DNA from: the human T2T-CHM13v2.0 reference genome, Homo sapiens
Strand: one strand, 5' to 3'
DNA: 64,000 bases
Assembly (NCBI RefSeq): GCF_009914755.1
Contig: NC_060941.1
Shown one piece after another: positions 47,964 through 60,030 of the stretch. The notes beneath the pieces are model-generated. The model was not told the DNA's origin, searched no databases, and saw only the letters and a list, made by a program, of their open reading frames with translations. A program made the translations under genes and the position numbers. Positions within the stretch are counted from its first letter, which is position 1; every line of letters starts with the position of its first letter.

Positions 47964-49504
47964 CTAATATGCAAACAACATGGATTAAATTATTAGCTTA
48001 GTAGAAGGAGTCACTAAGGAAGTCAGTTCCTACACTTTGTTGTTAAAAAATTAACTGACAACACTTTAAAACACATGTTCTCAGCACCCTGTCTTGGTAG
48101 CCTTTGGCCCTGGCTGTACTCCTGGACATAGATAGAGCTACACTGGTTCTTCATAAACCATAGATACAAGTAGGAATTTAAATGTTTCTAACTTGTAGGC
48201 TGGAGCTTATCTTTTTCTGCCTTCATAGGGTAGCCATGAGCAAGGAGCCTGGTGACCTTAACAGAAAGGGAAGATTTAAGGTTTCTATTTAAATGTGTTC
48301 AGGAAAAGCAGAGTTTGAATTAAAATTTTTATCTCAATTTCAACTTCATTTGGTTTTACATCTTTAAATATTGTTCTTTTTAAATGTTGATTATAATTAA
48401 TATTTGTTAATAAAGACAAAATACTAGTGAATATTTTTAATGTTTAATATGTTTTAGAAATGATAACACTTTTAAAAAGGAAACTGGGCCTTTCTTTTTT
48501 CCAATAGCTAATAATGAATTAACCTCACAAATAATAGACCATGGCTTAATAACCTATACAAAATTATTTTCCCTTCGATCAAAATAATGTGAAAAAACAT
48601 GTTACAAAATGTATGGATTTAATATGACTATCATAAACCATAACATACACTTTAAAATCCAGTGCCAGATTCCTATAGGAACATAATAAATATTTATTGA
48701 ATTTATTTCTGCCATTTACAGATTGCTACTTATTTTATGCATAGCCTTTTATTAAATTTTGAAAGCACATGGGAATTCTGTAATGAGTTAAATATTGGCT
48801 GTTGACTTATTATTTTGTTTCATTTTTTGCTGGAAAATAAAAGATAAGACTGCGTGGGAATTGTGTAATACTTTATCACTCTTAGTTATCCACCTATGGG
48901 AAGACTTGCTATTTGAACCACCCAAATCTGGTACCATCATTAATTAAAGTGGAAGCTAGCCTAGTTGTGAATATGATGCCTAGGAAGTCACAAATTACAT
49001 GTTTGCTAGTATATTCTATTCAAACATATCAAGTAATGGCAAATACAAACTATACACTCTAAGTACTGTCATTCAATCACACTCTCTAAATAGGAGCCAC
49101 GAACAAGTCTTCAGGGCAGAGCAGGTTACAAATGTGTTAAGCAGCCAGATTTCCATGCAAACAGGCAAACATGCATACATATATCCCCACTACTGTCTTG
49201 GGGTAAAAATGTAATGAAGCTTTATTAGAAAAATACAGACAAGTAAAAGACACATGATCATTAATACCTATTATCCCATAAAAAAAGTGTTTTGGGTTGG
49301 CATAGCTGGCATGTATCTGCAATGTAGGTATCTTCAGAAGAACTCTATATTTTTAATGCTCTACTTCAATGGTTATTAAAATGTGGTCTCCATTGTTCTA
49401 CTCTATCCCTATCATGGACTAGAAGCATCAGCAACAACTGGAAGCCTATAAGAAACACAAATTATTGGACTCAGTACAGTTGTGTTAAATTAACTGCCCT
49501 TAAA

Positions 49505-50275
49505 CTTTGTTTTATCCATGGAATATTTAGAAACCTATTCTTTAATTTCCAAGTGTTTAGAGATTTTTCTGTTACCTTTCTAGTATAGATTGCTAGTTTG
49601 ATTCCACTACATAAGAGAACATTATGATTTTATTTTAAATTTGTTAAGGGTTTTTTTTAATGGCCCAAGATGTAGTCTATCTTGGTGAATGTTCCATGTG
49701 TGCTAGAAAAAAATGTGTGTTCTAATGTTACTGTGTGATATGTACTTTAAATGCCAATTAGATGCCATTAGTTGATGGTGATATTTTCTTTATCTTTATT
49801 TTCTGTCTAGTAGCATTACTCATTATTGAGAAAATGTATTCAAGTCCCCAGCTATAATTGTACATGTATCTATCTTCTATTTAAGCTCTGTCATTTTGGC
49901 TTCATGAATTTTAAAGCTTTGTTGTTTGGAACATAAACATTTAGGATTGCTCTATCGTGTTGCTGAATTGACTTGTTATTATTATGTGAGAATCCTTTTT
50001 GTCCTAGTAACTTTATTTGCTCTGAAATCTACTTTGTATTATATCATTATATCAATTTCAGTTTTCTTTTGATTAGCTTCCTTGGTCTATGTTTATTCTA
50101 TTCCTTCATGTTCAACCTATTTGCATCATTATATTTGAAATCATCCTTGTAGATAGCTTATAATTGAATAATATTTTAATCCATTCTACCAACCTCTCTC
50201 ATTTCCAGACTTCTATTTAGCCCATCCAGTAAGTTTTTTATTTCATGTATTCTGTTTTTCAGTTCTAAAGTTTCA
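49505..50275 (-). mobile_element. Old L1M ORF2 endonuclease region plus an ORF1 scrap, antisense
   Basis: tggcccaagatgtagtctatcttggtgaatgttccatgtgtgctagaaaa. Confidence 0.8.
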
Positions 50276-50277
50276 GT

Positions 50278-50496
50278 CTTGGAAGTGAACATAACAGTCC
50301 AAGTCACGCCTTCAGATGACAGAAGCTCCAGCCAACATCTTGAGTGTAACCTTATGAAGAGACCATGAGCCATAATCACTCATCTAAGTCATTCCTGGAT
50401 TCTCCACTCAGAATCTATGAGGCAGTAAATGTTTGTTGTTTTAAGCCATTGAGTTGTATTATAATTTGCTACACAGTAATAGATGATAAATATACA
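50278..50496 (+). mobile_element. MLT1F/G-like LTR 3' part
   Basis: ccttcagatgacagaagctccagccaacatcttga...gttttaagccattgag...aatagatgataaatataca. Confidence 0.75.
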
Positions 50497-53213
50497 CTTT
50501 ATGCTATCTGCTTTAAATTTTATGTAGATAGATATATTAAGAGAGGAGGACTTCAGGTATTTGTTTTATTATGTCATTTTTATCAAATGGGTCAGTCCTC
50601 AGAAATACTATGTCCAAATTGTGCAAAAATAATATCAGTTAAAACAACTCCAAGATTTTTTGTCCTTTACTGCTAGAGAGGTTAGTATTTCCCAAGATAC
50701 AATCAGAGATTAGGCTATGTGCTAAAAAATTTAATTAATTTATGCTATGAATTATATAATCAGACCATCTTGGAACTATTCCCATAGATAATACATTTCT
50801 TTAACCAGATCCCATACATGTCATATATAACTTTGGGGCAGGACCCTGACTTCTTAAAGTTTCTTTTTTAAACAATCTATAGATGTAAATTATCCTCCTC
50901 ATTCCAATTAAGATACTGGTAGCTAAAACCTCCTATGGGCAAGCAATATATTTTTATTCAAGAGATACGGGAGAATACCTTATTAGAGATATTTTATCTG
51001 CCTTAGGTCCCTGTTAACCTGGAAAATTACCAAGCTATTTGAACAATAAAAGAATTCCCAAAGAAGCCAAGCTCTTTTCAGAGTGAGCCTTTAACTCCAA
51101 ATCATCAACAAACACCTGAGACTGCAAACATGAGGGCTTATTTGACTAGACAGTTAAAATAAACAACCCATATCACAAATAATCACTGTTGCTCTTTCTA
51201 CCACAGACTGAACAACCATCCAGGTGGAAAAAAATAACAAAATGGCAAAACTTGCAGGCCAATATAAAAACTGTTTAGAGAAACCTCTGGAGATTCTGAA
51301 AATCAGAGTTTCTAGTTTGAAGTGATTCAAAGCACCTGTTTCTAGTATAAACTGTCCAGATGTAAGATGATGTTATAGTTTATTCTGGGACTAAAGAGAT
51401 AATATCTGATTATTCTATGTCTATAAAGTCTTAGTTATTCCTCTGTCATTCAAAGTCATACAAATGAAATATAATTTGTGTGTATCCATGCACTGCTTAG
51501 ACAGATGGAAGCACAGCAGGTAAGTAAACACTGACATTCTCTTCCATGAATACCATCAAAGGAAAGGTCAAAGATAAGGTAGTAAGTAAAGTGAATGCAG
51601 ATTAGACAGAACATCTGCTTAAATAGGATAATGGAAGAAATATTCATTGCTTTTACAAATAGAATTTTCTCTTCCAAGTTATCAATGAACATCTGCTTAA
51701 TTCTCCATTCCTTGCAACCTACCACATTAGCTTTCTGATTAAAATTAATAGCTTGATAAAGTACAATTAGTCACAATAAAGAATTTGTGCTTTTTTATTA
51801 CAAATTGTTAATTTTGCAAGCGTAAGAGAAGTTGTTGTTATCTGAGATGGCCTAACCTAGTTTGAGAAGAAAGGCATTTTAAGAGAAGAAACTTTTAAAC
51901 TATTCAGTTATTCTTTCAAATTTGCAAAAGAAATTAGAACTTCCAGGTTTTACATTATAATTTTAAGTAAACTACTCTTCTAATTGGCAAAAAGAAAGGC
52001 TACTTTGTAAGAAATGAAGAAATAAAGTAAATATGATTTTTTTAAATAATCAGTTGGCATCTCACTTCTCTTGTAGCATTTAATGCTTTTCACTTCCTTT
52101 GCTAATTTGACCTCCCTAGTTTTTGTGTCAGAGGACAACCTTGGCTCTCTCATCTCTATTATCTTCTTTCTTTTCTGTCACATGCAAATCCCTCCATTTC
52201 AGCTTTCTATTTCAACTACTGGTCCACAGATTTTGATTTATCTGAAGTAGGTGGGATCCAGGCACAGGCCCATTCATTGTATGTCTTGTAATTTTTTATT
52301 GTATTCTGGACATTGAATATAAAAATACAGTGGAGACCAAAATATAATATTGTTATTTTGTTTTGTTTCCTCTTGTTTTCAGAAAATAAAAGTCTTTCCC
52401 TATGTCTTAAGGTTAGAGTGTGAGGCTGAGCATAAACATTTTTCCAAGAATTGAGTTTAGCTTGAGCTGGGCTGCAGTTTTAATTAGATTGAGTTCACTT
52501 TACTAGCCCAACTTCCAACTTCCTACAACAGTTATCAGAGATCACAGTATTTGAGATGGGGGTTGGGTTGGGCCACATTTTTAGAACATTTTATTTTCCC
52601 CCTTTAATTCAAATCTATAAAGGCCCAAAATCTGTAGGAATGTGAAAGCCTGTGCAAAAATATTATCTGCTTTCTAGCCTTTTCTCTGCAAATTCTTGGC
52701 AAATTTTTTGTGCAAAGGGCCTGTACAAAAGGATATAATTTTCAGGCTGAATCTCATTATGTCTAGAGTCCAATTCATTCTACTAAATTATTATTTAAAG
52801 GTTCAGCTGGTTTTTCCTCATCCCTGCAAAATCTCTTGATATGTCAGGTCAATGGTTCCACCTGGAGAAACCCAAACCAGACATGTTCCCTCAGGTATGA
52901 ATCTCTCTGGTCTTTAATAAAAGACTCCTTCCTCTCTGGAATTCAGTTCATCAAGACTTCCTGGTTATCATCATAGCCCCATAGAAATGTATGATTTTTA
53001 TATTATGTTTTTTTCCTGTTGCTAAAGTAACAAAAGTCTTTTGCAACTGGAAGCAGACAGCTACTCCTCTTAGACGTGCTGATTCATCAACCTATGGGCC
53101 TTACTTTGAGAAATATACTTCAGAGTCATACTAGAAACTGTTTTACATTCCCTATAGTCTGAGGCATGTACACAAGCCAAGTAATGTTCTTATTTTATCA
53201 AGACATCAAAACT

Positions 53214-53514
53214 GCCCAGCTTGGTGGCTCACACCTGTAATCCCAGTGCTTTGGGAGGCCAAGGCAGGAGGATTGACTGGGGCCAAGAGATTTAGACCAG
53301 CCTGGGCAACATGGCAAGACCCTGTCTCTACAAAAAAAAATTTAAAAATTAGCTGGGCATCATGGCACACACCTGTAGTCCCCACTACTTGGGAGGCTGA
53401 GGAGGGAGGATTGCTTGAGCCTAGGAGGTCAAGGCTATAGTGAGCTGTGATCATACAATTGCACTGCAGCCTGGGCACCAGAGTGAGACTCAGTCTCAAA
53501 AAAAATAAAAATAA
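53214..53514 (+). mobile_element. AluJ
   Basis: ggaggattgcttgagcctaggaggtcaaggctatagtgagc; approximate TSD acatcaaaact / atattaaaact. Confidence 0.93.
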
Positions 53515-54443
53515 ATATTAAAACTATCAGCCACTAGGAATCCTATGTAAAACATCTCTTTCTAGTTTAAATTGACATTATCTCAACTTTTACTATTGGT
53601 TACTCAGAGCCTAATCCTCTTCTCTCTAATTCAAGTGTTGAAATGTGACTTGTCCTTAAAAAGTACGTAGCAGATGCACATCTTCTATTTTTCCTCTGAA
53701 AGTTAAATTGATATTTAAAAATTAATCAGTACATTTTGTCTCCTCTGTGTTCAATAAGGAAGAAGCACTGTTTACAGCATTGCCTAGCACTTAGTGGACA
53801 CTCAGTAAATGTTTTAAATGAATAAATAGTATTAATTGATTCTGGTTCCTTCCTTTTGTCTTTATCCTAACTCTTTCCTCAATCTCCCAATTTCATCTCT
53901 GAAAATCCTAGCAAGAATAATTATCCTATTCATTCCTATTTTCTATTACAAATTTTTAATAGCTCTTTTTTGCCTACTGAATTAAGTTTAAATTCACAAT
54001 TTGGCCATTAATGTTTTCCACAACAGGGTTTAAAGCTATATTTTTAGCTTATTTCTTTGCATGTTTCTTGTGTTTAAACCAAACTGGAAGAATATTCTCT
54101 AAGTTTCCTGCAAATGTCCTGTGTTTCCACTCCTACATGATTATGTGTGCTACAGATGGAAATTCTCTTTTTCTCATTGACTTCTTTACCTTGCAAAATC
54201 TTATGCATCCTTTAGTACCCATCTCAAATGCAATTATCACCTAGACACACAACTTGATCTTTGAAACTGGACATGATCCATTTTTCCTTACATTCATTAC
54301 AGCATGTAGCTTATACTTCTCTAAAATGATTGCTTAATTCTATGTTGTAATAATACTTTTTTTTTGTTTTTTTGTTTCTAAATGTGAGCTTCTTGAAGGC
54401 AGGGGCTATACTGACTCCTGTCTATGTACCATATCACTGCTAC

Positions 54444-55397
54444 AATAAAAGAGGCAGGAGGCACAGAAATTATAGGCAAAAAAGGGCAGGTCCCTGGTAA
54501 GAGCCCCACTATCAAGCCAAAAAGCCTGAGATCTCAGCCCAAAGTGAGAATTTATATCATGTTTTCCTGCTCGAATGTTGCCTTTTCCTAAACCACCCTT
54601 ATCCTTACCCTGCCCCACCCTGTGCCTATAAAGACCCCAGACTCAGCTGGCAGAGAGGAGAAGCAGCTGAATGTTGGAGACCATAGCTGGACATCAGAAA
54701 GCAGCGGCTTGACTTCAGAGGGACAGCTTGATGGTGTAACTTCGGAGAGGAATCTGACCAGAGATGACCAGACTTCACGGGAAGATTACCTACACCTGCT
54801 TCTGTCCCCTTTTGAGCTGAGAGCCATTTTCATTGGCAATAAAATTGCCCACACTTACCATCCTTCAATTTGTCCATGTGACCTCATTTTTCCTGGATGC
54901 CAGACGAGAACTCAAGAGCCATGAGTAAGGATACCAAAGGTTGTCACACTGGCCCTTTGCCCTCACTGGTGGAGGGAAGCCATGGGCCCACTGAGTTTTT
55001 AACACTTAAGCCATCTGTGGATGGCAGAGCTAAAAGAGCTCTGTAACATGCCCTCTGGGGCTTCAGGTGTAGCAGGCATCCTCCACCCCGAGATGCTGCT
55101 GTGGGGCCCACATGCAGTTTTCTCCTGCTGGCACCCAAAAGTGCTCACCCTGGCTTCTACAACTGTTCACCTGCACACTCCCTCCTGCAAGGGGTGGAAC
55201 ATAGTTGGTCCAAGTGAGTGGAGTTCACTCCTGCCAGCGCCAAAGTGACTGGCTGGTTCCAGAGTTCATGTACTCCAGTTCCTACCTTGTTCACTCACAT
55301 GCTCCCTCCTGCAAGGAGTTGAGAGCAGTGAGCTGAGTGAATGAGGCACCCTGTTGTAAGTTCCATGAAGGGGTGAGGGAAACATCCTGCTTTATCA
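54444..55397 (+). mobile_element. ERV1 solo LTR of the LTR1/LTR27/LTR28 group
   Basis: TATA cctataaagacccc and polyA signal aataaa at about 54838; ends catcctgctttatca; probable 4-bp TSD ctac. Confidence 0.75.
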
Positions 55398-57029
55398 CTA
55401 CATTTCCTCCAGCAACAATCACATCACATTATATCTAGCATATTATACACACATTTTAAAAAATAGTATAATTTTATATGTGGAAAGTTACTGGTCACCC
55501 AGTTTCTGTGTACTCACTTCACCCACTTCATAGACAAAATATATGAGGCTCTAGAAAGTTTAATGAATTGAACTGAATTTCATCAAATTTAAAGAAACCC
55601 AAATATGAAATATTAAAGTGATTCTTAAGTGACTCCATGTTAGCTAAGATTGAGCTTAATTTAGTTAGGAAAAATATGCTCCATAAATTTCAATTGTTTT
55701 TCATATAATGTTTAAATTCACCATGGTAGGATGTTCCACTTTAATTTTACTCTGAATTAAATCATCTTAACAGAGTCAATCAAGACAAACCTTTATTCAT
55801 TTTAATGTATCTTTTGTGGTAAAAATGCAAAGTTTATAGAGCATTGATGTAGCTAAGACATTACAGGACATGCATTATTACTCATTTATGCATCTTACAC
55901 TAATCAGCACTTTTATATATTCTCATTCTAGGCTTTTAAAATAGTTTTTAAAACATCAACTCATTCATTAAAATTAATGCCAAATTTTGATTTTGAATAT
56001 ATTGTATAATCTATCGACCTGCATAACAGCTGCTTCCTTGCAAGTAGTCAAATGATATTAATATCATAAAACTTTTTATTTATATACTTTTGTATCTTTA
56101 TTTAAGGAGTATCAGTGCTTCTGTGCTCGGTCCTCAAAAGAAAGTCAATATGTAAAGAGGACTGGAGAGGTGGAGAGTGACTAGCCATAAAACAAAAGAG
56201 TGTATGGTTCTTACCTTGTGACAGATGAATCCACACAGGCTCAGTTCACAAGTAAAGAGCCTTATAAACAAACATAAATGCTTTACCTCCAAGTCTATTT
56301 TGTATTCAGTTTCAGCTGCTCTAAAGTTGTTCTTTTATTTTGTAGAGCAGCCTGGAATTCATCAGAGACAATCAAGCAGTATAGGAAAAGTCAACATTCC
56401 ACTGCATAGTGGCTCCCTGGTTACCTCCAGCTTCTCTGGTGTCCTATCATAATGTCTTTCTAACAAGCAGAGCAACAAGTGAGTCATGTGTCTAAATGTG
56501 TATCTGAGGACAGATGTTGCCCAATGGACTCAGAAGTTTGAACTAATTCTTTTGCAAATGAGGTCAGTCCGAATCTATAGCCTTGAGCTTACGAACAATT
56601 ACTCAGATGGAATCACAATCAGCCTTCTGGAAACTGGACAAACCAGGACTCTCAATAAAAATGAAACTTTAAAATATATATAAATATCTGTATTATATTA
56701 GTCTGGCAGTTATGGAACATTCCTAACTAGTGTTCAGACAGAATTCTGAAAAAAACAGAGAACATTTGGTTCTATTGGATGACCAAAGTCCCTGCCCAAA
56801 TTAAAAAATAAAAAAAGCCTCTTGACACTGATTTTTTTTATGTTCAGGGAAACTTCATCCATTGCTTGACTTTTCAAATGTTATTCAGTATGGTGTAACT
56901 GAACAATCAGTAGGTGTAGAATCGGAATAACTAATCAAAACACGGCTCTAGGGAAACGCAACACTGAAAGATGAGAAGGAGAAATGAAAAATGGAAACTG
57001 GATTTTCCTGGAAACCATGCAAAGACAAT

Positions 57030-58520
57030 GCTTCAAGTTAAATATTACCAACGGGAGAGGCCAACTGTGATAAAAAATGTATGTATAAATTTACTATTGG
57101 ATGTAACATTGAAGTCTTCAGTGACTTTGACACGAGCAATTTGAATAGAGTGGTAAGAACAAAAGTCTGAAATGGACTGAAAAAATACATCAAAGTAAGA
57201 AATGGAAATGTTTTAAAAAGGAAAAGGGAAGTGTGACAGGAGCTGATGGGATACACGGAATTAAAGAAGGGTCTGGTTTTGAAAAGAGCAACTCAAGCAT
57301 GATTCTATGGTATATTATTTATCTACAACAAATCATCTCAAAACTTAGCAATTGATAACAATGCACTTATGCTCACACAGCTTCTGAGTCAGAAATCTAA
57401 GAGCAGCTTAGCTGGGCGGTTCTAGCTCATAAAGTTGCAGTCAAAATGTCGGCTGGGATTACAGTCATCTGAAGTTTTGACTGGTATGGAAGATCTGTTC
57501 CCAAGCTCACTCACATTGCTACTGACAAGATGCTTCAGTTTCTCACCAGGTGGGCCTCACCAAGCAGGATGGCAGCTGGCTTCTGGAGTGAATGATGAGA
57601 CAGAGACACAAAAGAGAGAGGGAGAAATCAACCAAGACAGAAACCTCAGTGTGTTTTATAACCTGATTGTAAAAGTAACATATTGTTATTTATGACATAG
57701 TATACTGATCATACAAACTCTAATACAAAGTAGAAAGGGACTACACAAAGGTGTGAATTCCAGGAGACAGGAAACACTGGAGGCCATTGTAGACACCAGC
57801 TACCACTTACAGTAAGGTAAATTGGAGGAAAGGGGAGATTCGGAAGAGGGGTTAAGCGTAGGATGAAAGTCCTTGAATGAGAAAGAATGTCAGTAAGTGT
57901 CTAAGTGGAAGGATCAGTCTTAGATAGCAGCAGGTAGCAAAGAGAAATGTAGCCACTTTAAAAGGAGAGAGGAAAAAACATGGTAAATGAGGTAGTTCCT
58001 CATGACTGCTTTATATCTTGACGGTGGCATAATTAAGGTCATCAGTTAACAGTGAAGAGGAGACAGAAGAATTTCAAATTTAAGGAGAATGGTGGTTTGA
58101 ATAGCCACTTCAGAGCAGTGAATTGGCTAGGAAAAAATAATAGAATTTAGGACAGTTTGGGAAAAGAAAAATAATCTAGATGTGTACATGAGACATAAAG
58201 CAGGCACCTACCCCCTCCTCCAAGTTCCATTGACCACAGGATATGAGAATTAAAAAAAATAGCTGCAAAATCATAGGATTTCAGGGAAGCAAGGTCCTTA
58301 GATGTAGTTAGGTTTTAGTCAGAGCAAAAAAAAATCAGGAAAATATTCAGGTAAGAAATTGAGGCTCTAATGTTTTGCTGATGAGTTCTAGGTTGTTCAA
58401 TGTGGAGTAAGGAAAGGCGGGAGGATTGACTCAGATTGAAGTTGAACAGAGTAATAAATAAGAGATTTGGACTGCTAAAGTGATGGAAATTATCATGATG
58501 GGATTAATCCTTATGACTTC
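57030..58520 (-). mobile_element. L2 antisense fragments flanking an MLT1 LTR
   Basis: ttggatgtaacattgaagtcttcagtgactttgacacgagcaatt; tgactgctttatatct...aaggtcatcag. Confidence 0.55.
57311..57806 (-). mobile_element. MLT1F/G-like LTR, antisense
   Basis: acaaatcatctcaaaacttagc...gagcagcttagctgggcggttctagctc...ggccattgtagacaccagctaccac. Confidence 0.78.
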
Positions 58521-59399
58521 ATAAGGTAAGGTAGAGTCAGTTATATGATAGTTCCTTTCTTAGGATTAGACAATTTATAAGTGTGAGAAAGAGAAAGAAA
58601 ATGGTATTTTTTTTAATGGAGAGGAGAATAAAGTAATATGCATTCTTATATCCTTTTAAGAGTATTAACGAAGCTGGCAAGGTATAGTTAATAAACTCAA
58701 TATTCCTGCATAAACATCAGAAACTTCAAATAGCCATGTATTTACAGATACAGACTATGTATCTATTAATTTTTTATTCATTGAGAATTTCTAGACTTAT
58801 TATCAGACATTGATTTTATGAGACAATTTTTCCATTATGTAGCTTATGGAGTAGTAGAACTCAGCAGAAACCAACCTAAAATCTCTTTGGCTGAATCCAG
58901 TGCTGGCCAAATTTCTTATAAAGAAGTAAAAAATAAGGAAAAACAAAGCATAATGCTCTTAAAAATCTAACAGGGTTGAAAGAGGATTCGCTTTTCTAGC
59001 ATGAAAATTGAATTTTCAAAACTTAAATAATGAATCCTTTTATATTTGTCTCGTAGTAACAAATCAAAGTGAAATTAGGACTGAAATTGGGATTCAAACT
59101 AAGATTAAACTTAAAGCTTCTCCTCTTTTTCTTTACCTTCCTTTCTCTTTCTTTTCCTTCCAGGACAACACAGCCCAAAAGCCATTAGGTATTGTTCAGC
59201 AGGTAGACGTCCTGTTTCATGGGGCAGAGGGAGCACCCTGGTGTGGGGTGCCAAAGTGGGTAGAGAGAGTATCCATATGAGGAGATAGAAGTAGCCATGC
59301 AGGAAGGTGTTGGGACCCCAGCAAAGAGAGTAAGCATCCACATGGGGGCAGAATAATGGCAATCCAGTGTATCAGGAAGGGATGGTAGCAGGCAGCAAC

Positions 59400-59885
59400 A
59401 ACATGATATTAGGAAATTAATCAAATAAATAAATATATTAAATATAATGGGTTCCAGACTGCTCATTGCCAAAGAAGGGAGTTATAAATATAGAAAGAGA
59501 GAAAACTGGAATGCACTTTGTGCATTTGATTTGGATTGGAATTGCAGATATCAGTGTGAACTCATGGGTTTTGAGATAGATGGATGGATCACTAGAAAGA
59601 CAGATAGATAATAGATAGACAAATAAATATAGATGTAAATGTGTGATATAGGATGTGTGTGTATATATAGACAGATACGTCTATATATACATATGTAGAG
59701 ATAAATGGTAGATAAATGATAGATAGATGATAGCTAGCTTAGATAGGTAGGTAGGTAGGTAGGTAAGTAGATTGATGCGTGTGTGTATGTATGTATCCCT
59801 AGTTCTGTCCACTGAGAGAGCCTGTTGCTACCCAATATCAGTGAGCATAGTGATCATTCAGATCATAGTTTCTAAACACCATTCT
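59400..59885 (+). mobile_element. L1MC4-like 3' UTR fragment with (GATA)/(GGTA) repeats
   Basis: gaagggagttataaatatagaaagagagaaaactggaatg...tatcagtgtgaactcatgg. Confidence 0.65.
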
Positions 59886-60030
59886 TCTAAATGCCATTCT
59901 TCACTATTGGATTTTTGGATGAAGTACTCTGTTGAAACATCTCTGGGTCTAACTCTCTGGCTGACTCACTGTTGTTTGAAACATTGGATGACACATAACA
60001 GTTATTGAAAACCAATTTTTTAAATTATCA

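Noticed and set aside
59660-59691. 13-bp stem hairpin as a possible miRNA
   Set aside because: Low-complexity TA sequence within simple repeats, and too short for a pre-miRNA.
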